NCBI GenBank assembly: GCA_963745035.1
Contig: CAVUVW010000015.1
Location: forward strand, 32,001 to 96,000
Origin: an uncultured delta proteobacterium
GTDB lineage: Bacteria; Desulfobacterota; Binatia; UBA9968
Reading direction: 5' to 3'
DNA: 64,000 nucleotides
Shown in pieces: positions 58,167-64,000 of the stretch. Both the position numbers and the translations under genes were made by a program. The notes beneath the pieces were generated by a model. That model ran no database searches, was not told the DNA's origin, and saw only the letters and a program-made list of their open reading frames with translations. Position 1 is the stretch's first letter, and each line of letters opens with the position of its first letter.

Positions 58167-59341
58167 TTAACAACAGGATTGGCTGGCGACCCGCTCCGGC
58201 GGCGGAGTCTGCTGGCTGCGGCCGGCGACCCGGATCTACGCCGTCGATGATCACGTAGGAAATGCCCGGCAGATCCCCTTTGGCAAACGAATCCAATGCA
58301 TCCTTCGCTACCGAGCCGGTGATCTTGTGCATCAACACGAGATCGGCCGGACGTCCTTCTTCCAAAATGCCGATGTTCAAATCATGCGCGCGGCCGACGT
58401 TGCCCGTCGCCATGCAGATCGCCTTCTCGGGTTCGATCTCGCCGACGGACGAGATAAAAGCGATCTCGCGCAAAATCCCGCGCGGCACGATGCCGGTTCC
58501 GCCCGGTGTATCGGTGCCGATCAGCACGCGATGATGCAGACCTTTGGCTTTGACGACTCGTGCGAGACTCAGCGCCAAGCGATAGTTTCCCGACGTGCAG
58601 ATTTCCATGAAACATTCGGTCTCGACCGGCGATGCGGATCATGTCTTCTTCCGGCATGGGAATCGGCCCGCCGGTGATGTGGCCGATGATGTCCGGCTTG
58701 ATTTTCTGCACCATGTCGAATCCGGCCACCTGGCTCACACCCGAGCGCGACACGCCGCCGGAATGAATCTTGACTTTGATGCCGCGCGCGTGCGCCCAGG
58801 CGACGTACCGTTCAGCCTCGCCATTCGGCAGCAGGCTATAATCGTAGAAGATGAATTTGATCAGCTTGATGCCGAGCGCCTGGATCTCGTCGAAGTCTTT
58901 TTCACTGAGTCCGGGAACGAGCAAGAGCGTACCGGCGTGCACCTTCACGCCCGACGGACGCAGGTTGTCGTAGCACTTCTTGGTCACGATCGCGACCGAC
59001 AGCGCCGTGCGCGCGTCCGGCGGCAGAGGAAGGCCGGGCAGATGCAGCTCGCCGGCGGAGATCAGCGCGGTCACGCCGCCGTGCATGTAGTTGGTGATCC
59101 ACGAAAGCGAGTTTTGCGCCGGCGTATACTCGCCGATGGACGGGTGCGAATGAGAATCGATCAGTCCGGGAATGGCCGTGATGCCGTTGGCATCGATGAC
59201 CTGGTCGGCCGCTTGGCTCAAACCTTTGCCGATCGCTTGCACGATGCCGTCGCGAATAAAAATCGAATCCGCCTGCCGCAGCGGGCTCTCCAGCTTGCCC
59301 GTAACAAAAGTGCCGATATTTCTTACGAGTAAAGATGCCAT
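58167..59341 (-). CDS. Enamidase-like amidohydrolase, frameshifted
   Basis: PGLIDSHSH, ISAGE.H.PG, IHSGG, GHITGGP, GTDTPGGTG. Confidence 0.82.
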
Positions 59342-59387
59342 GAACGTGGCCGAACTATATCAGAGCATCGACGAGTGTAAAGCCTGG

Positions 59388-59534
59388 CAGACTGCTGAAA
59401 AAGACCCATATGCTTCGTTGCGCTCAATCGCCTCGCGTCAACGTACTACCGATGTACGCCTCCAGCCTGTCCTGAACGGAGTCGAAGGATCGATTCATCG
59501 CGCGCCGCGCCTCTGAATCTTTTGGAGCAGCCTG
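59388..59534. repeat. MITE-like intergenic element with a nested REP unit
   Basis: TIRs CAGACTGCTGAAAAAGA / TCTTTTGGAGCAGCCTG; internal GCCTGTCCTGAACGGAGTCGAAGG (59465-59488). Confidence 0.7.
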
Positions 59535-59545
59535 CAAGAGTTTTT

Positions 59546-60139
59546 TCAGCAAGCTTCGAGATCAGAACAGCTCTTTGCAACTTCCCTCGCCGCGTCATTG
59601 TGCATCTCTGCGGGATTTCCCGACCGGCCGCCGGGAAATACTTTTTGCACGCGCCGCTCCCACAGCAACGCGCCGTCCGCGATGCGCACGAGCTTGAACT
59701 CGACCCACAGCCTGAGCAAACCGGCCGCATCGGCTTCCCAGCGGCGAATCTCGCTCAGCAAGAGCGCGCCGTCGAGTCCGCCTTCGCGCGCGATGCGCGC
59801 CGCCGCTTCGTTGCCGAACGGCAAGACCGCAAAACGGGCATCGTGCTCCTCCGGAAAACGCGCCTGGGCCTTACGCTGCTCAATTTCTCGTTTGACGGAC
59901 GCGCGCAGCAGATCCATCACCGTAGGGCGATAGTCGGGAGACACTTTTCCGGCGATTTCACCCAGCGAGCGCAGCGGGTTGGCGCCGGGAAGGCGCAGAT
60001 CGCTGTCGGTGCTGTTGCGCACCGATGGAATCCACACAGACTTTCCGCCGAGCGCCTGGACGGCAAGCGGTTTCTGCGGCGCTCCCGCGGCGCAGCCTAA
60101 AACTACCAGCATAGAGATCAAAAATACCGCTCGAATCAT
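59546..60139 (-). CDS. Hypothetical lipoprotein
   Basis: Lipobox VLGC; start overlaps the permease stop. Confidence 0.75.
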   Translation of the reverse strand: MIRAVFLISMLVVLGCAAGAPQKPLAVQALGGKSVWIPSVRNSTDSDLRLPGANPLRSLGEIAGKVSPDYRPTVMDLLRASVKREIEQRKAQARFPEEHDARFAVLPFGNEAAARIAREGGLDGALLLSEIRRWEADAAGLLRLWVEFKLVRIADGALLWERRVQKVFPGGRSGNPAEMHNDAAREVAKSCSDLEAC

Positions 60140-61002
60140 GCGCGTATTTTTTTCAGCAGCCATTGGATGCCATAGGTGAAGAAGATCATAACGCACCCGA
60201 GCGCGACGTCTGTCGGTCCCAAGGGGAGATCGAGCCGCACAGAAAGATAAAAACCGCCGAGCGCGGTCGCGAAACCAAGCACCGAGGATAGCGTCAGGAA
60301 AGAACTCATCCCGCGCGCGAGCGCTTGCGCCACCAGCGGCGGCAAGACCATAAACCCAAATACCAGAAGCGGCCCGGCCATGATGACGCCGATGGCGATG
60401 CTAAAACCACACAGCACGTACAACCAAAAGCCCCACTGGACGCTCCCGCCGGTGAGGAGAAAGGAGAGATCGCGGTCGAAGGAGTTCAACAAGAACTCGC
60501 GGCGGAAAAGCACCAGCCCCGCATAGATGATCGCGAAAACGATCGCCAGAAGTTGCAATTCTCCCAGCGACAATGAAATGACTTCACCCTTGAGCAGATT
60601 GAGTATCTCCAGCTCGCCGGCCGGATTGAACACGACAAACAAGATTGTCAACGCCGAAGCGAAAGCATAGGCGGCCGCGAGCCGCCCCTCCGGAGATCCG
60701 GTTGCATGACGATCGAGATAAGCGAGCAGACCCATGCCGGCAAGCGTAAAAACGAGCGACCCGATAGTCGCGAGCAACCTTTCACCGCCCGTGCCGTGGC
60801 TCACGCCCAGTTCATGCGATAACCAGAACGTGAACGCCACGCCGCAGGCGGCAACCTGCGGCAAAGTCAGACCGAGAAAAACCCGGCGCCGTAGCAGCAA
60901 ATGGGCCCCCACCAGCGGGCAGACAAACGCGAGAATCGCGCTTCCCGCGAAGGCCGGAAACAGCAGGAAAGACGGGCTGAAAAGCTCGAAGACGCTTACC
61001 AT
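60136..61002 (-). CDS. Metal (Zn/Mn) ABC transporter permease
   Basis: ABC-3 family: LLLRRRVFLG, SFDRD, GPLLVFG, DLPLGP. Confidence 0.9.
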   Translation of the reverse strand: MVSVFELFSPSFLLFPAFAGSAILAFVCPLVGAHLLLRRRVFLGLTLPQVAACGVAFTFWLSHELGVSHGTGGERLLATIGSLVFTLAGMGLLAYLDRHATGSPEGRLAAAYAFASALTILFVVFNPAGELEILNLLKGEVISLSLGELQLLAIVFAIIYAGLVLFRREFLLNSFDRDLSFLLTGGSVQWGFWLYVLCGFSIAIGVIMAGPLLVFGFMVLPPLVAQALARGMSSFLTLSSVLGFATALGGFYLSVRLDLPLGPTDVALGCVMIFFTYGIQWLLKKIRA

Positions 61003-61676
61003 GGATGTTCTGCCGGATCGCCTTCGTCCGAGCTCACTCGACCGCCGTCGACGCGCAGCACTTTTCGCGCGACGTGTTTTACCATACGCAGATCGTGGCT
61101 CGAGAAAAACACGGCGATGTTTTCATCGCGGCTCAAGTGGACGAGCAGATCGCTGATCGCCTTCTGCGATTCGGGATCGCAGCCGGCGAGCGGTTCGTCC
61201 AGAATAAGAATTTTCGGCTCGACCATAAGTGCGCGCGCGATCAGCATACGCTGGCGTTGCCCGCCCGAGAGAGAAAAAAACAGCCGCCCGGCGAGCTGGC
61301 TCAAACCGACTTGTTGGAGGGCCTTGTCCAAGCGCTTCCTTTCGACGGCGGGAAACATCTGATGCGGTTTCAGCCGGCCATATCCTCCCATTTCGACCAC
61401 TTCGCGCGCGGTGATGGGAAACGCCGAGTCCAACGCCGCGCTTTGCGGCACGTAGCCGATCTCGTTGAGCGCGCAGTTACGGACCAGCGAGCCGCCGAGA
61501 ATCGGTAGAAATCCGAGGATCGATCGGAACAGCGTCGTCTTGCCCGAGCCATTCGGCCCGGCGATCGCAATAAGATCGCCGGCGCGGATGTCGAGATCCA
61601 CGTCTCTGAGAATCGCAGCATCTTCGTATCCCAACGTCGCTCCACGAAGGCTGACCACAGGGAGCGCGTCAGCCAT
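60996..61676 (-). CDS. Metal ABC transporter ATPase
   Basis: GPNGSGKT, IGYVPQ, LSGGQRQR, SSHDL. Confidence 0.93.
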   Translation of the reverse strand: MADALPVVSLRGATLGYEDAAILRDVDLDIRAGDLIAIAGPNGSGKTTLFRSILGFLPILGGSLVRNCALNEIGYVPQSAALDSAFPITAREVVEMGGYGRLKPHQMFPAVERKRLDKALQQVGLSQLAGRLFFSLSGGQRQRMLIARALMVEPKILILDEPLAGCDPESQKAISDLLVHLSRDENIAVFFSSHDLRMVKHVARKVLRVDGGRVSSDEGDPAEHPW

Positions 61677-61721
61677 CCAAGCCCTCCTGCGATTTGATCG
61701 GCTCGAACATCGGCCAGACTT

Positions 61722-62648
61722 TTAACCCTTTTTCACGGCAGCGAGCAAACTCCGCACGTTGTGGTCGATAAATTTGATATAGGTGTCGGTCTCGGCGGAT
61801 CCCCCGGCAATCTGCTGTAGTCGTACCACGGTGGCGCCGGTTTGGCTTGCCAATTGGCGCGGAAACCGATCGCTCTGCGGCCCGTAGATGATGAGCTGCA
61901 CTTTTTCCTGCTGCATCCTTTGCGCCAGCGCGACCAAGTGATTCGGCGTCGGCTCGATGCCCGGTTTGAGCTCAATCATGCCGATCTGATGCAAGCCGAA
62001 CCGATCGGCGAAGTAGCTCCAGTCGCGATGGTACGAAACAAACTTGACGCCCTTGAGCGGCGCCGCCATGCTCTGCCAACGCGCCATCGCCTTCTCCAAC
62101 TCGTCGAGGTAGCCGGCCAGGTTCTTCTCGAAGACATTCTTGTGCTGAGGATAATTGCGCGCCAACCCCGCCGCGATGTTGCGCGCCATGGTTCTGCCGC
62201 TGGCAGGATCCAAATTGTAGTGCGGGTTGCCCTTGGGATGCACGTCCCCTTCCGAACGATCCAGGGACTGCGGCACTTCGACAACGTTGATGCCTGTCGA
62301 ACAGTCGATATGGGCGGCTTGACCAGGCAAAATTTTCACGTTGCTGGCGACCTCCAACAACGCTGGCAGCCACGATATTTCCAAGTCGAGCCCCATCACG
62401 ACCAGGATATCGGCGCGATTGAGCCGCGGCACGAAGCTTGGCTTCACCGGCACCGCATGCATGTATTCCACGCCTCGGGTGAGGCTCTCGACGTCGACGA
62501 GCTCTCTGCCGATCTGTTTCGTCATGTCCGCCAGCTCGGGCGTCGTCGTGATCACGCGAATTTTCTGCGCGTGAGCCGGAAGCGCAAAGCCGCCGATCAT
62601 GACCGCCATGATGACGATTAATAAAAAATTTCTCCGAAATGCGTTCAT
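61722..62648 (-). CDS. Metal ABC substrate-binding protein (ZnuA/TroA-like)
   Basis: Signal peptide, GDVHPKGNPHY, YH..W.YF, KPGIEPT. Confidence 0.92.
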   Translation of the reverse strand: MNAFRRNFLLIVIMAVMIGGFALPAHAQKIRVITTTPELADMTKQIGRELVDVESLTRGVEYMHAVPVKPSFVPRLNRADILVVMGLDLEISWLPALLEVASNVKILPGQAAHIDCSTGINVVEVPQSLDRSEGDVHPKGNPHYNLDPASGRTMARNIAAGLARNYPQHKNVFEKNLAGYLDELEKAMARWQSMAAPLKGVKFVSYHRDWSYFADRFGLHQIGMIELKPGIEPTPNHLVALAQRMQQEKVQLIIYGPQSDRFPRQLASQTGATVVRLQQIAGGSAETDTYIKFIDHNVRSLLAAVKKG

Positions 62649-62673
62649 GCTAATGTCTCCTTTCCCGTCGAGA

Positions 62674-63924
62674 TCAGCGGGTACGAAAGCCATGCGTGTG
62701 GCTGCCCAGCACCGTGGTCCATTGCAAGAAAAACTGGTGGCCGCGCTCAGATTTCTCCTCGCGCACCTGGTCATCCAGGTAGCTGTACTGAAAGCGTAGC
62801 CGGTTAAATTCGCTCAGGTTCCAAGTGATGAATGGAGAGTAGCCGATGGTCTTTTTGCCGGGGCTGGCCAGACTCGGCGCGTTGTCGTAGAGAAACCCCG
62901 CGGCCCACTCGCGATTGAGCTTTGCTTCGGCGTAGGCGTAGCCGCCGGGGGCAAACATGCGGCGAAATCCCGACGCGCGCTCGACCCGCTCGCTGTTGCC
63001 GAAAAACTCAGCGCCCAAAGTGAGGCCTTCATAAAGCGTGCTGCCCAAGGGCTGATAGCGATAGGTCAAGTCGACTCCCGTCAAAGTCCGATCGCCGCCT
63101 TCAGGATCGGACGGAATGCGGATCGACGGCGTGAACGCCAGGCTGGAGCCCAATTCGATGCTGTGATTGTCGGCGAGGTCGAAATAGGTCTGCAATCTGC
63201 CAAGATAAGTGAAACGGCTCCAGGTGCGCGATTTGGTGTCGTCGAGGCGCTCGTTCTCGGCGCCGAGCTTGTTGTAACCGCCCACGGTGGCACGCAGAAA
63301 AAACGGCGTCGGAAAGAGATAGTTGAGCTCGACGCCGTCGGCTTTGGACTCGCCGCCGACGATCCGCTCCAATGATAACGGCGTGTTGACGAACGCGTAT
63401 TCATGCGGATGAAACTTGGCCAAGCGGCCGAAGTCGGCGAAGAAGCGCCCGGCGCGCACCTGCATGTTCCACGGCAGCGAGGTGGTGACGATCGCCGCTT
63501 CTTCAACCTCGAACTCGTCCTTGCTGCCGGTGAAGAACGCATAGGCGCGGGCGTAGGGGTCGACGGAAGCGGAAATGCCGAGCTCCGCGGCGCGGAAGTT
63601 GAAATCGCCGCCGGTTTTGGCGCGATGTTCCGCGGTAGCGTCGATGGCCATGCCGATGGCAGGGTTCAGCGCCGAGGGCGCGCTCCGTGAAGCCTGCAGG
63701 GATTTCTCGACGCTCGCGACCTTGCTGTTGGCGCTCGCGCGCTCCCGCTCCAACTGCTCGATCCGCTCGGCCATCTTGTTCATGTTCGCCTGCATCTCGG
63801 CCATCTGCCGTTTGAGCAGTTCGACGATCTCGTTCTGAGCTTCGCTCGGCGACGGGCGCCACAGCACCAACACCGGCGCCAGCGCCACAAGCAAAACAAT
63901 CATTTTTGCCAATGACGTGTTCAT
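62674..63924 (-). CDS. Putative outer-membrane beta-barrel associated with metal uptake
   Basis: Signal peptide, coiled coil, VDPY, EEA, HPHE, SEFNRLR.QY, C-terminal GSHTHGF. Confidence 0.75.
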   Translation of the reverse strand: MNTSLAKMIVLLVALAPVLVLWRPSPSEAQNEIVELLKRQMAEMQANMNKMAERIEQLERERASANSKVASVEKSLQASRSAPSALNPAIGMAIDATAEHRAKTGGDFNFRAAELGISASVDPYARAYAFFTGSKDEFEVEEAAIVTTSLPWNMQVRAGRFFADFGRLAKFHPHEYAFVNTPLSLERIVGGESKADGVELNYLFPTPFFLRATVGGYNKLGAENERLDDTKSRTWSRFTYLGRLQTYFDLADNHSIELGSSLAFTPSIRIPSDPEGGDRTLTGVDLTYRYQPLGSTLYEGLTLGAEFFGNSERVERASGFRRMFAPGGYAYAEAKLNREWAAGFLYDNAPSLASPGKKTIGYSPFITWNLSEFNRLRFQYSYLDDQVREEKSERGHQFFLQWTTVLGSHTHGFRTR

Positions 63925-64000
63925 AATTCGGTCTCCCAAAATAAGACTCCGCCCCTCCCAACCGGGCCGGAGGGACAGCGTCGACAATCCTGCGAAACTT

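Overview
GC-rich bacterial chromosome segment, probably Desulfobacterota/Binatia-like (inferred from gene content, many orphan solute-binding proteins and repeat families). About 55 CDS, and no rRNA, tRNA, CRISPR array or transposase was seen. At least 13 genes, including housekeeping ones (mfd, sufB, nifS, mlaF), carry single-base frameshifts, which most likely are long-read assembly indels. Core content: cinA, surE, hslR, eno/ftsB/pcm, mfd-surA-pdxA-algC-uvrA, two nth paralogs, an mla-type operon, tctABC and a Zn/Mn ABC uptake operon. Most notable: (i) a lower-GC signalling block (GAF-PAS kinase, receiver, sigma54 activator) followed by a sensor-less class III nucleotide cyclase with a sigma54 promoter and non-canonical base-selecting residues; (ii) a TIR-TM-Ig-Ig receptor-like protein; (iii) a hybrid Fe-S operon iscS-iscA-sufB-nifS-Rrf2 with an IscR-type operator and no sufC/sufD/iscU; (iv) a GcvH homologue lacking the lipoyl lysine; (v) a UvrA lacking the insertion domain; (vi) a decayed integron-cassette-like array (mrr, hypothetical, hicB, aspartyl protease); (vii) a small Lys/Ala-rich protein upstream of an SPL-like radical SAM gene.
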